DNA of 64,000 bases from the human T2T-CHM13v2.0 reference genome, Homo sapiens. The position numbers were made by a program, and so were the translations under genes. The stretch lies in assembly GCF_009914755.1 (NCBI RefSeq), contig NC_060947.1. One strand, given 5' to 3'. This document shows positions 41,996 to 62,355 of the stretch, piece by piece. Every line of letters begins with the position of its first letter. Within the stretch, counting starts at the first letter, position 1. The notes beneath the pieces were generated by a model. That model made no database searches. It was not told the DNA's origin and worked only from the letters and a program-made list of their open reading frames with translations.

Positions 41996-44900
41996 ACAAT
42001 GGGAACACATGGACACAGGAAGGGGAACATCACACACCGGGGACTGTTGTGGGGTGGGGGGAGGGGGGATAGCATTAGGAGATATATCTAATGTTAAATG
42101 ACGGGTTAATGGGTGCAGCACACCAACATGGCACATGTATATATATGTAACAAACCTGCACGTTGTGCACATGTACCCTAAAACTTAAAGTATAATAATA
42201 ATAAAATTTTAAATAAAGAATAAAACACTTATTACTCAACTGAAAACATTAAAAAAAAAGAGAAATCAATTTAACAAGAAGAGCTAACTACCCTAAATAT
42301 ATATACACCCAATACAGGAGCACCCAGATTCATAAAACAAGTTCTTGGAGACCTACAAAGGAGACTTAGACTCTGACACAATAATAGTGGGTGATTTTAA
42401 TATCCCAATGTCAATATTAGACAGATCACCAAGAAAGAAAATTAACAAGGATATTCAGGACTTGAACTCAGCTCTGGATCAAGTGGACCTAACAGACATC
42501 TACAGAACTCTCCACCCCAAATCAACAGAATCTACATTCTTCTCATTACTGCATGGCACTTATTCTAAAATCAACCACACAATTGGAAGTAAAACACTCC
42601 TCAGCAAATGCAAAAGAACTGAAATCATAACAGCCCCTCAGACCACAGTGCAATCAAATTAGACCTCAGGATTAAGAAACTCACTCAAAATCACACAATT
42701 ACATGGAAATTGAACAACCTGCTCCTGAATGACTCTGGATAAACAATGACATTAAGGCAGAAATCAAGAAGGTCTTTGAAACCAATGAGAACAAAAAGAC
42801 AACTTAGGAGAATCTCAGGGACACAGCTAAAGCAGTGTTGAGGGAAATTTATAGCAGTAAATGCCCACATCAGAAAGCTAGAAAGATCTCAAATTCACAC
42901 CCTAACATCACAATAAAAAGACCTAGAGAAGGAAAAGCAAACAAATCCAAAAGCTAGCAGAAAACAAGAAAGAACTAAGATCAGAGCAGAACTGAAGGGG
43001 ATAGAGACACAAAAAACATGCCAAAAAAATCAATGAATACAGGAGCTTTTTGAAAAAATTAACAAAAATAGATACTCCACTAGCTAGACTAATACAGAAG
43101 AAAAGAGAGAAGAATCGTATCTACACAATAAAAAATGATGAAGGGGATGTCACCACTGACCCCACAGAAATACAAACTACTATCAGAGAATACTGTAAAC
43201 AGCTCTATGCAAATAAACTAGAAAATCTAGAAGAAATGGATGAATTCCTAAACACATACTCCTTCCCAAGACTAAACCAGGAAGAAGTCAAATCCCTGAA
43301 TAACAAGTTCTGAAATTGAGGCGGTAATTAATAGCCTACCAACCAAAAAAACACCAGGACAGGCCAATTCAGCCAGATTCTACTAGAGGTACAAAGAGGA
43401 GTTGATACTATTCTTTCTGAAGCTATTCCAAAGAGTTAAAAAGGAGAGACTTCTTCCTAACTCATTTTATGAGGCCAGCATCATCCTGATACCAAAACCT
43501 GGCAGAGACACAACTAAAAAAAGAAAACTTCAGGCCAATATACCTAATAAACATCGATGAGAAAATCCTCAATAGAATACTGGCAAACCAAATCCAGCAG
43601 CACATCAAAAAGCTTATCCACCACGATCAAGTCAGCTTCATCCCTGGGCTGCAAGGCTGGTTCAACATACACAAATCAATAAATGTAATCCATCATAGGA
43701 ACAGAGCCAATGACAAAAACCACGTGATTATCTCAATAGATGCAGAAAAGTCCCTCAATAAAATTCAACACCTCTTCATGCTAAAAACTCTCAATAAACT
43801 AGGTATTGATGGAATGTATCTCAAAATAATAAGAGCTATTTCTGACAAACCCACAGCCAATATCATATTGAATGGTGAAAAGCTGGAAGCATTCCCTTTG
43901 AAAACCGGCACAAGACAAGGATGCCCACTCTCACCACTCTTATTCAACATAGTATTGGTTGTTCTGTCCAGGGCAATCTGGCAAGAGAAAGAAATAAAAT
44001 GTATTCAAATAGGAAGAGAGGAAGTCAAAGTGCCTCTGATTGCAGAAGACATGATTCCATATTTAGAAAACCCCATCGTCTCAGCCCAAAAACTCCTTAA
44101 ACTGATAAGCAACTTCAGCAAAGACTTAGGATACAAAATAAATGTGCAAAACTCACAAGCATTCCCGTATACCAATAACAGACAAACAGAGAGCCGAATC
44201 ATGAGTGAACTCCCATTCACAATTGCTACAAAGAGAATAAAATACTTAAAAATACAGCTAACAAGGGATGTGAAGGACCTCTTCAAGGAGAACTACAAAC
44301 TGCTGCTCAAGGAAATAAGAGAGGACACAAAAAAATGGAAAAACATTCCATGCTCATTGATAGGAAGAATCAATATCATGAAAATGGCCATATTGCCCAA
44401 AGTAATTTATAGATTTAATGCTATTCCCATCAAACTACCATTGACATTCTTCACAGAATTAGAAAAAAAACTACTTTAAATTTCATATGGAACCAAAGAA
44501 GAGCCTGTATAGCCAAGACAACCCTAAGCAAAAATAACGAAGCAGGAGGCACTATACTATCTGACTTCAAACAATACTACAAGCCTACAGTAACCAAAAC
44601 AGCATGGTTCTGGTAAAGAGAAAGAAATATGTAGATCAATGTAACAGAACAGAGACCTCAAAAATAAGACTTCACATCTGCAATCATCTGATCTTCGACA
44701 AACCTGACAAAAACAAGCAATGGGGAAAGGATTCCCTATTTAACAAATGGTGCTGGGGGAAACTAGCTAGCCATATGCAGAAAATTGAAACTGGACCCCT
44801 TCCTTAAACCTTATAAAAATTAGTTCAAGATGGATTAAAGACTTAAATATAAAACCCAAAACCATAAAAACCCTAGAAGAAAACCTGGGCAATACCATTC

Positions 44901-47900
44901 AGGACATAGGTGTGGGCAAAGACTTCATGATGAAGATGCCGAAAGCAATTGCAACAAAAGCCAAAATTAACAAACAGCATCTAACTAAATTAAAGAGCTT
45001 CTGCACAGCAAAAGAAACTATCATCAGAGTGAACAGGCAACCTACAGAATGGGAGAAAATTTTTGCAAATATCCATCTGACAAAGGTCTAATATCTAGAA
45101 TCTACAAGGAACTTAAACAAATTTACAAGAAAAAAATCCCATCAAAAAGTGGGCAAATTGTATGAACAGACAATTCTCAAAAGAAGACATTTATGCAGCC
45201 AACAAACATGACAGAAAGTGAAACATCACTGATAATTAGAGAAATGCAAATCAAAACCACAATGAGATACCATCTCACACCAGTCAGAATGGTGATTATT
45301 AAAAAGTCAAGAACAATAGATGCTGGCAAGGCTGTGGAGAAGCAGGAATGCCTTTACACTTTTGGTGGGAATGTAAATTAGTTCAACCATTGTGAAAGAC
45401 AGTGTGGCAATTCCTCAACGGTCTAGAACCAGAGATACTATTTGGCCCAGCAATCCTATTACTGGATATGTCCAAAGGATTATAAATCATTCTGCTATAA
45501 AGATGCATGCATACATATGTTTATTGCAGCACTATTTACAATAGCAAATACATGGAATCAACCCAAATGCCTATCAATGATAGACTGGATTAAGAAAATG
45601 TGGTGCTTATATACCATGGAATACTATGGAGGCATAAAAAGGAACAAGATCATGTTCTTTTCAGGGACATGGATGAAGCTGGAAGCCATCATTCTCAGCA
45701 AACTAACACAGCAACAGAAAACCAAACACTGCATGTTCTCACTTATAAGCGGGAGTTGAACAATGAGAGCACATGGACACAGGGAGGGGAACAACAAACA
45801 CCAGGGCCAGTTGGGGTGTGGGGGGAGGGGGGATAGAGAGCATTAGAATAAATAGCAAATGCATGCAGGACTTAAAACCTAGATGATGGGTTGATAGGTT
45901 CAGCAAACCACCATGGCACACGTATACCTATATAACCTACATGTTCTGCACTTGTATCCCAGAAGTTAAAGTAAAATAAAAATAAAAGATCAGAAACAAA
46001 GCAAAGATGTCCACTTTTATCCCTCTTATTCAACATAGTCCTGAAAGTTCTAGACACTGCAATGGGGCCATAAAAAGCAATGAAATCCATACATATTGAA
46101 AAAAAAAAACTTACTGATAGAGCAGACACACAAATGAGAAAGAAATCAAATGTTACACGGCAGAAAACCGCCAAACTACAATGTTAAACATTAAGAGAGA
46201 ATAAAAGAACAAAGAACATACTAAAAATCAAAAAAGAATTAACAAATATGACAGCAATAACTCCTCAACTATCAATTATAATCTTGAATGTAAACAGATT
46301 AATTTCCCCACTTAAAACGTATAGACTGGTTGAAATGTGTAAAAAAAGACCCAATTTATGCTTCCTAGAAGAAACTCATTTAACTTGTAAGGACATATAG
46401 ACTGAAAGCTAAGGGATAGGAAACAATATTTCATGCAAACAGATATAGCACATAAAACAGAATTTAAGTCAAAACCAGTAACAAAAGGACAAAGGAGGTC
46501 ATTATATAATGATACAAGGATGAATTTAGCAAAAGGATATAACAATTCTAATTATATATGCACCCAACACCAAAGCACCTCTAAGGGAAGAGATAGAGTC
46601 CAATATAATAATAGTTGGAGACTCCCAATACCCCTCTCTCAGCATTGGACAGGTCAACTTGATGGGAAATCAACAAAGAAATATTGGACTTGACTGTACT
46701 TTAAACCAAATATACCTAACAGATATGTACAGAACATTTCATTCAAAGGCTTCAGAATATTCTTGTCTTCAGGATATGGAACATTGTCTAGTATAGACTA
46801 TATATTAGGCCACAACAACTAATTTCAACAAATTTTTAAAAATTGAAATCATAAGGGGGTGGCCAAGATGTCTGAGTAGAAGCAGCTAGTGTGTACCACT
46901 CAGATGGAGAGGAATGGAAGGGGTGAGCAAATACAGCACCTTCAACTGAAACATCCATGTACACACGTTGTGACTAATCAAGGAAACAACTCAACCCATG
47001 GAGAGTGGAGAAAAAGCAAGGCAGAATGACTACCCACCTGGGAGTGACACGGAGCCAGGGGAACCTTCCTTGCATAGGGAAGCAGTGAGTGAATGAGTGA
47101 TCAGGGGAACCCACAAAGATCTTCTCCCACAGATCTTTGCAACTCTTGGGTTAGAAGATCTCCTTGTGAACCGACTCCACCAGTGCCTTCAGTCTGACAC
47201 ATACGGAGTCTTGGCAGAGAAGCAGCTCAGGCACATGCCTCAGGGGCCTTAGATATCAATGCTTTCCAGCAAAAGTGGCTGTAACTCTGGAAAAGCAGGA
47301 GGTTAGACCCCCATACATACTCCTTAGAAAGGGACTGAATTCAGGGAACAGAGCAGCAATTGTATGCAGACCCCACTTCCATACTACTTCGCAGAATAAG
47401 ACCCACTGGCTTGGAAAACCAGTGAGCCACTGGCAGCAGTGGCTTACACTTCCTTGAAATGAAGTGCCCAGAGGGAGGGATGGGCCACCATCTCTGCTGT
47501 TTCACAGCCTCAGCTACTCTTGCCTTAGGGCTCTAGTGAGTCAGAGGCAACTAGGCACTGGAGCAATTCCCAGCACAGCCAAGCAGCTCTACAGGGAAAT
47601 GGCCAGACTGCTTATTCACACAGTTCCCAAATCCTGTTTCTCTTCACTGGGCAGATTCTCCCAGCCAGGGTTTCCAGTAACCTCCACTGGTGTTTTCTGG
47701 CCAACAGAGGTTTCCAGCCTCCCTGGGATGGAGCTATGGGCCACCATCTTTGCTGTTTGGCTGACTTAGCTGTTCTTACCTTCAGGCTTTCGAGAGACCA
47801 AGGCAACTGGGGGCTGGAGCGGACCCACAGCACAGCACAGCTGCTCTACAAAAATGTGGCCAGAATGCTGTTTTAAGTGGGCCCCCAATCCTGTTCTTTC

Positions 47901-50900
47901 TCACTGGGTGGGACCTCCTGACCAGGGTCTCCAGCTAACCCTGCCGGGGTTTTGAGCGGACAGAGATTTTAAACCCCCCTGGGATGGAGCTCCCAGAGGA
48001 AGGGGGTCATCTTTGCTGTTTGGCCAACTGTCATCTTTGCTGTTTGGCCAACTTAGCAATTCTTGCCCTTGGTCTTTGGAGAGTCTGAGACAACTGGGGG
48101 CTGAAGAAGACCCCCAGCACAGCACAGCTGCTCTATGAAAATGTGGCCAGACTGCTGTTTCAAGTGGGTCCCAGGTCTCATTCTTCCTCACTGGGCAGGA
48201 CCACCCAACCGGGGTCTCCAACCACCTCCTACAGGTGCGTTACAGGTGGCCACAGGTCCATACCTCCCTGGGATAGAGCTCTCAGAGGGAGGGGCAGGCT
48301 GCCATATTTGCTTTGTCACAGCCTTCACTGTTAATACCTTCAGCTACTGGAAAACCTGAGGTGACTAGAGATTGAAGCAGACCCCCAGCATACCGTAGCA
48401 GCCCTATGGAAAAGTGGCCAGACTGTTATGTGGGGTCCTGTCCTACATCCACTCACTGGGCAGGTCCTCCATGCCTGGGCCTCCAGCCACCCCCCACCAG
48501 AGCTATTAAGCCAGTAGCAGCTCTGCAACTCCCTGGACACAGCTCCCACTGGGAGGGCTGGGTTGCCATCTTTGCTTTCTTTCAGTACTTGCCCTTGCTG
48601 TTTCCAGGCTTGGGGACAAGGGGCTCATCTGGACCTCCAGAGCAGAGTGAACACTTAACAGAAAAGTGGCCAGACTGTTCTACGCATATCTTGATCCTCA
48701 CTTTTCCTTACTGGGCAGGGCTGCCTGACCTGAGACTTCAGCAAAACCATGTTGCCTCTGACTGACACTGCAATCAGAGGCATCCCAGCATTTCTCTAAG
48801 GAGAAAATCCCAAAGTCAACCCACAACCCCTCCACCACTACAGCTGGAGTGGTACAGCCCTAACAGTCCTTGGACTGGGAAGGAACAAAGGGTCTAGTCA
48901 CTATGCTGGCACCTCCAGCACACTGCAGACACTATACAGAGAGGAGTATAGTGCCTCTTCCCTGGGAACCACTACCCCCACTCTTCACCAGGCAGGGCCC
49001 TGGCTCATGAATGAAGAACAGTCACCCCACCCATTGTTGAGCATACCCACTTGTAGTGGCCTGGAGTTACCCCTAGGGAGAGGCTCCCAGAAGCATATGA
49101 CACCCCCTTTGCCACTGCCATAGTAACAATTCTATCCCTCCTGCCCTTGGCTGTGGAAAAAACAAAGAGCTTGATGGCTACATCCAAGTTTACAGCATGC
49201 CACAGCTACCATATGTAAAGGAGACCAATCTTTCCTCTCTGTGAGCCTTTGACCCCCTGCTCCCCAGCAAGTGGAGTCCCAAGCTCACACCAGCAGTGCA
49301 GTTGCCCAACTCCATCGGCCGAACACCCCCAATAACAGTAGCTGCACATTTCTTGGAGGTGGAGCCCCCAGGGGCAACTGAAAGCCTCTCTGCCACTGCC
49401 TCTGCAGGAACTGCCCTTTCTACCCTCAGACTAATGAGGGTAGGAACTAATCAAAGACCCCAAGTGACGTATTCACACCTCCAACAAACTGCAGTCAACC
49501 CAAGGAGAAGAGTCTAGTCTATCTCCCATGGGTCCCACCCACTCCCCCTGCTCATTACTAGATGGGAAACCCTTGGCTTGGGCCCACAGCACAGATTCCC
49601 CATCCTGGGATGATTGCACAGAATGATTGCTGATCTGCATCTCTCTGGGGTGAAGCCCCTATGAGACAAGCGAAAGACCCTTGGCCACAGCCACCACTAA
49701 GGTCCCTTTCTCTGCTGCTTACAAGTTGGGAAAGAAAGATAAACCCCGAGATTGCCCCAGAGCTTCAGTAGGCAGCCTAGGAGTGCCAAGCCATGATCTG
49801 CAGCCAGCACTCAAGGGGAAGAGGAGCCAACACTTTCAAAGCATTGAGAAGAAGCACAGTTGCAACTCTGAGGAAATATAGGGGAGTCACATGGCCAAAC
49901 AAGAACCTACCAACTGACCAATACACCTAAGCACCACTTACTGGATCACATTACAAAGTTTCAACATCAAAAATACCTCACTAACATATTGCCTTGTGAA
50001 AACTAACACAAGAAGTCAACTACAAATACAGACCCTGTACAAAGCCTCAGCCCTGTGAAAACATCCAGAAAAGAAGTCTATTGACTGTACTAAATCTACA
50101 CTGCAGTTAAAGGAACACCCATACACAGAGATGAGAAAGAACCAGTGCAAGAACTCTATTAACTCAAATAATCAGAATGTCATATGTCCTCCAAACACCT
50201 GTTCTCCAACAAGGGTTCTTAACCAAGCTGAGCTGGGGAAAATGACAGAAATAAAATTGAGTAGGAATGAAGATCATTGAGATTCAGCAGAATGGTAAAA
50301 CCCATTCAGGGAAACTAAGGAAACTGAGAATCACAATAAAATGTTACAGGAACTGAGGGATAAAATAGCTGGCATAAAAAAGAACCTAACAGATCTGACA
50401 GAGCTGAAAAACACAATACAAGATTTTCACAATGCAATCACAAGTATTAATAGCAGAATAGATCAAGCTGAGAAAATAATCTTAGAATTTGAATCCTGCT
50501 GTCTGAAATAAGAAAGTCAGACAAAAATAAAGAAAAATGAATAAAAAGGAATGAACAAAACCTCTGAGAAATATGGAATTATGTAAAGAAGCCAAATCTA
50601 TGGATCATTGGCACCCCTAAAAGGGAAGGGAAGAAAGCAAACAACTTGGAAAACATATTTCAGGATACCATCCATGAAAATGTCCTCAACCCTGCTAGAG
50701 AGGACAATGGTCATATTCAGGAAATACTGAGAACAACTGCAAGACTCTAACAAAGAAGATCATCCCTAAGATACATAATAATCAGATTTTCTGAGGTCAA
50801 AATGAAAGAAAGAATGTTAAAGGCAGCAAGAGAGAAAGGGCAGGTCATTTACAAAAGAATATTAGTGTAACAACGAATCTCTCAGCTGAAACCCTACAAG

Positions 50901-51128
50901 CCAGAAGAGGTAGGGGGCCTATATTCAACATTCTTATAGAAAAAAATATTTCACCAAGAATTTCATATCCAGCCAAAGTAAGCATCCTACGTGAAGGAGA
51001 AATAGAATCCTTTTCAGATAATCAAATATTGAAGGAGTATGTTTCCACCAGACATGCCTTACAAGGGATCTTGAATAGAGCACTAAATTTACAAAGGAAA
51101 GGCCATTACCAGCCACTACAAAAACATG

Positions 51129-58123
<6,995 letters not shown>

Positions 58124-60430
58124 AAAAACATGTAAATACACAGACAAGTGAAACTATAAAGCAGCCACACAAACAAGCCAGCAAAATAACCAGCTAACAA
58201 CACAATGACAGAATCAAATTCAAATCCACATATAAATACTAACCTTGAATGTAAACAAGCTAAATGCTCCAATTAAAAGGCACAGAGTGGCAAGCTGGAT
58301 AAAAAAGCAAGAGCTATTGATATGCTGTCTTCAAAAGACACATCTCATATGCAATGACACACATAGGCTCCAAATAAACCAGTGGAGAGAAATCTACCAA
58401 GAAAATGCAAAACTGTAAAAAGCAAAGATTGCAATCCTAATTTCAGACAGAACAGACTTTAAACCAACAAATATCAGAAAAGACAAGGGCATTATATAAT
58501 GGTAAAGGGTTCAATTCAACAAGAAGACCTCAGTATCCTAAATATATATGCATCCAACACAGGAGCACCCAGATGCATAAAGCCAGTTCTGAGAGACCTT
58601 CAAGGAGACTTAGATTCCTACACAATAAAAATGGGAGACCTCAACATTCCACTTACAGTATTAGATAGATCATCGAGGGAGAAAATAAACAAAGATATTC
58701 AGGACCTGAACTCAGCACTGGATGAAATGGACCGGATAGACATTTTCAGAACTCTCCAGCCTGAAAAAACAAGAGAATATACATTTTTCTCATCACCACA
58801 TGGCAGATACTTTAAATGCAACCACATGATTGGAAAGATAACACTCCTTGGCAAATGCAAAAGAACTAAAATTATAACAACCACTGTCTTGGACCACAGC
58901 ACAATAAAATGAGTGATCAAGACTAAGAATATCACTCAAAGCCATACAATTATACAGAAATTGAATAGTCTGCTCCTGAATTACTTTTAGGTAAATAATG
59001 AAATTAAGACTGAAATAAAGAAGTTCTTTGAAACTAAGGAGAATGAAGATACAACATACCAGAATGTCTGTGGCACAGCTATTGTAGTGTTAAGAGGGAA
59101 ATTTATAGCACAAAATGGCTACATCAAAAAGTTAGAAACATATCAATTTAACAACCTAACATCTCAAGTAAAAGAATAAGAGAACCCAGAGCAAACAAAT
59201 CCCAAAGGTAGAAGAAGACAAGAAATAGCCCAAATTAAAGTTTAATTGAAGGAGATTCAGACACAAAAGTCTATGTAAAAGATCAATGAATCTAAGAGTT
59301 TGTTTTTTTAAAAAAGTAATAAAACAAATAGACCACTAGATAGACTGATAAAGAAGAAAAGAGAGAAAATCCAAATATACACAATTAGATATGACAAATG
59401 GGATATTATCACTGACCCCACAAAAATACAAATAACCATTAGAAACTACTATGAACACCTGTATGCACACAAACTAGAAAATTTATAAGAAGTGGATCAA
59501 TTCCTGGACACATACATCCTACCAAGACTGAGCCAGGAAGAAATTGAATTCCTGAACAGACCAATAATAAGCTCCAAAATTGAATCAGTAAGTCTATCAT
59601 CCAGAAAAAGGCCCAGGACCAAATGGATTCACGGTTGAATTCTAGCAGATATACAAAGAAGAGCTGGTACCATTCCTACTGAAACTATTTATAAAAAAAC
59701 TGACAAGAAAGGACTTCTAACTAATTCACTCTGAGGCCAACATTCTCCTGATACCAATGTCTGGCACAGACAAAACGAAGAAAGATAACTTCAGGCCATA
59801 TCCTGAATGAACATTGATGCAAAAATCAACAAAACACAGGCAAATGAATCCAGCAGCACATCAAAAAGCTCACCTGCTGTGATCAAGTAAGCTTTGTCCC
59901 TGGGATGCAATGTTTGTTCAACATATGCAAATGGATAAACAGGATTCATCATACAAACAGAACTAAAGACTAAAATCACATGATCATCTCAATAGATTCA
60001 GGAAAGGCTTGTGATAGAATTCAACACCCTTTCATATTTAAAACTCTCAGTAAACTATGTATTGAAGGAACATATCCCAAAATAATTAGAGTTATCTATG
60101 CTAGACCTACAGCCAGCATCACACTGAATGGGCAAAATATAGAAGCATTCCCTTTGGGAACCAGCAGAAGACAAGGATGCCGTCTCTCACCATTCCTATT
60201 CAACATAGTATTGGAAGTCTTGGCAAGAGCAATCAGGCAAGAGAAATAAATGAAGAGCATGAAAAAAGGAAGAGAGGAAGTCAAACTATCCCTTTTTGGA
60301 GATGACATGATTCTATATCTAGAAAACCGCATTGTCTTTGTGTAAATGCTCCATAAGCTGATAAACAACATCAGCAAATTCCAAATTCTCAGAATATAAA
60401 ATCAACGTGTAAAAATCACTAGAACTGCTG

Positions 60431-60732
60431 TTTTTTTTTTTCTTTAGACAGAGTTATGCTGTTGCTGCCTAGGCTGGAGTGCAGTGGCACCATCTAGGCT
60501 CACTGCAACCTCCACCTCCCAAGTTCTAGTGATTCTCCTGCCTCAGCCTCTTGAGTAGCTGAGATTGCAAGTGCCCACCACCACACCTGGCTAATATATT
60601 TCTTTTCGTATTTGTAGTAGAGACGGGGTTTCACCATGTTAGCCAGGCTGGCCTTGAACTCCTGACCTTGTGATCCACCCACCTTGGCCTCCCAAAGTGG
60701 TGGGATTACAGACGTGAGCCACTTCACCTGGC
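60431..60732 (-). mobile_element. AluS SINE (minus strand)
   Basis: Poly(T) followed by AGACAGAGT...GGCTGGAGTGCAGTGG...CTCCCAAAGTGGTGGGATTACAGACGTGAGCCAC. Confidence 0.95.
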
Positions 60733-61150
60733 ATAGAATTCTTTTTTTTTTCAATTGTATAATCTCACTTAATGTGAAATTTTGTTGTTGTTTGTTTCTA
60801 TTTAAATAGTTTTCTGGGAACAGATGTTTTTTGGTTACATGGATAAGTTCTTTAGTGGTGATTTCTGAGACTTTGGTGCACCCATCTCCTAAGCAGTGTA
60901 CACTGTACCCAATGTATAGTGTTTTAACCCTTACCCCCCTCCCACCATTCTCCCCAAGTCCCCGAAGTCCGTTATATCATTTTTATGCCTTTGGATCCTC
61001 ATAGCTTAGCTCCCACTTATAAGTGAGAACATACAACATTTGGTTTTCCATTCCTGAGTTACTTTGATTAGAATAATGTTCTCCAACTCCATCCAGGTTG
61101 CTGCAAATGCCATTATTACATTCTTTCTTTATGTCTGAGTAGTATACCAT

Positions 61151-61201
61151 TATACATATATATATGTATATGTATGTGTGTGTGTGTGTATATATATATA
61201 T
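61151..61201. repeat. (TA)n/(TG)n microsatellite in the L1PB 3' UTR
   Basis: Visible dinucleotide run. Confidence 0.95.
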
Positions 61202-61986
61202 CTCACATTTTTTATCCATTCATTGGTTAATGGGCGTTTGGGTCAGTTCCATATTTTTGCAGTTGCAAATTGTGCTGCTGCAAATGTGCATGTACACGTG
61301 TCTTTTTCATATAATGACATCTTTTCCTTTGGGTAGATACCCAGTAGTAGGATTGCTGGATCAAATGGTAGTTCTACTTTTAGTCTTTAAGGAATCTCCA
61401 TACTGTTTCCCATAGTGATTGTACTAGTAATTCCCACCAGCAGTATAAAAGTGTTGCATTTTCACCAATCCATGCCAACATATTTTATTTTTTAATTTTT
61501 AAGTTATGGCCATACTTATAGGAGAAAGGTGGTATCTCATTATGCTTTTGATATGAATTTCCCTGATAATTAGTGATGTTGATTATTTTTTCATGTTTTT
61601 TGGCCATTTGTATATTTTCTTTTGAGAATTGTCTATTCATGTTCTTGGCCTACTTTTTGATGGGATTTTTTTTCTTGTTGATTTATTTGACTTCCTTGTA
61701 GATTCTGGATATTAGTCCTTTTGAGAATATTTTCTCACACTCTGTGAGTTGTCTGTTTGCTCTACTGATTATTTCTTTTGCTGTGCAGAAGCTATTTAGT
61801 TTAACTATCTCCCATCTATTTATCTTTGTTTCTGTTGCATTTCCTTTTGGGTACTTGCTTACAAACTATTTGCTTAAGCCAATGTCTAAAAGAGTTTTTC
61901 AGGTGTTATCTTCTATAATTTTCACAGTTTCAGATCTTAGATTTAAGTCTTTGATCCATCTTGAGTTGATTTTTGTATAAGGTGAG

Positions 61987-62355
61987 TGATATTGTTTGGC
62001 TGTGTCCCCACTCAAATTTCATTTTGAATTGTGATCTCGATAATCCCCATGTGTCAAGAGAGGGGCCCAGTGGGAGGTGATGGATCACAGGGGTGGGTTT
62101 TCCCAGGCTGTTCTCATGTTAGTGAGTTCTCATGAGATCTGATGATTTTATAAGTGTCTGGCATTTTCCCTGCTTGCACTTCTTTTTCCTGCCACAATGT
62201 GTAGATCATTGCTTCCCCTTTGCCTTCTGCCATGATTGTAAGTTTCCTGAGGCTTCCCCAGCCATGGAGAACTGTGAGTCAATTAAGCCTCTTTCTTTTA
62301 TAAATTTCCCAGTCTCATGTATGTCTTTGTAGCAGTGTGAGAACAGACTAATACA
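61987..62355 (+). mobile_element. THE1D/MSTA-like solo LTR inside L1PB1
   Basis: TGATATTGTTTGGCTGTGTCCCCAC...ACAGACTAATACA, with perfect 5-bp TSD GTGAG (61982-61986 / 62356-62360). Confidence 0.9.

Noticed and set aside
47480-48720. Regularly spaced repeats (CAGCACAGC...GTGGCCAGACTG...TCACTGGGCAG) resembling an array
   Set aside because: These are diverged tandem units of the L1PA13/L1PREC2-type 5' UTR, with no unique spacers and no cas genes. Not CRISPR.
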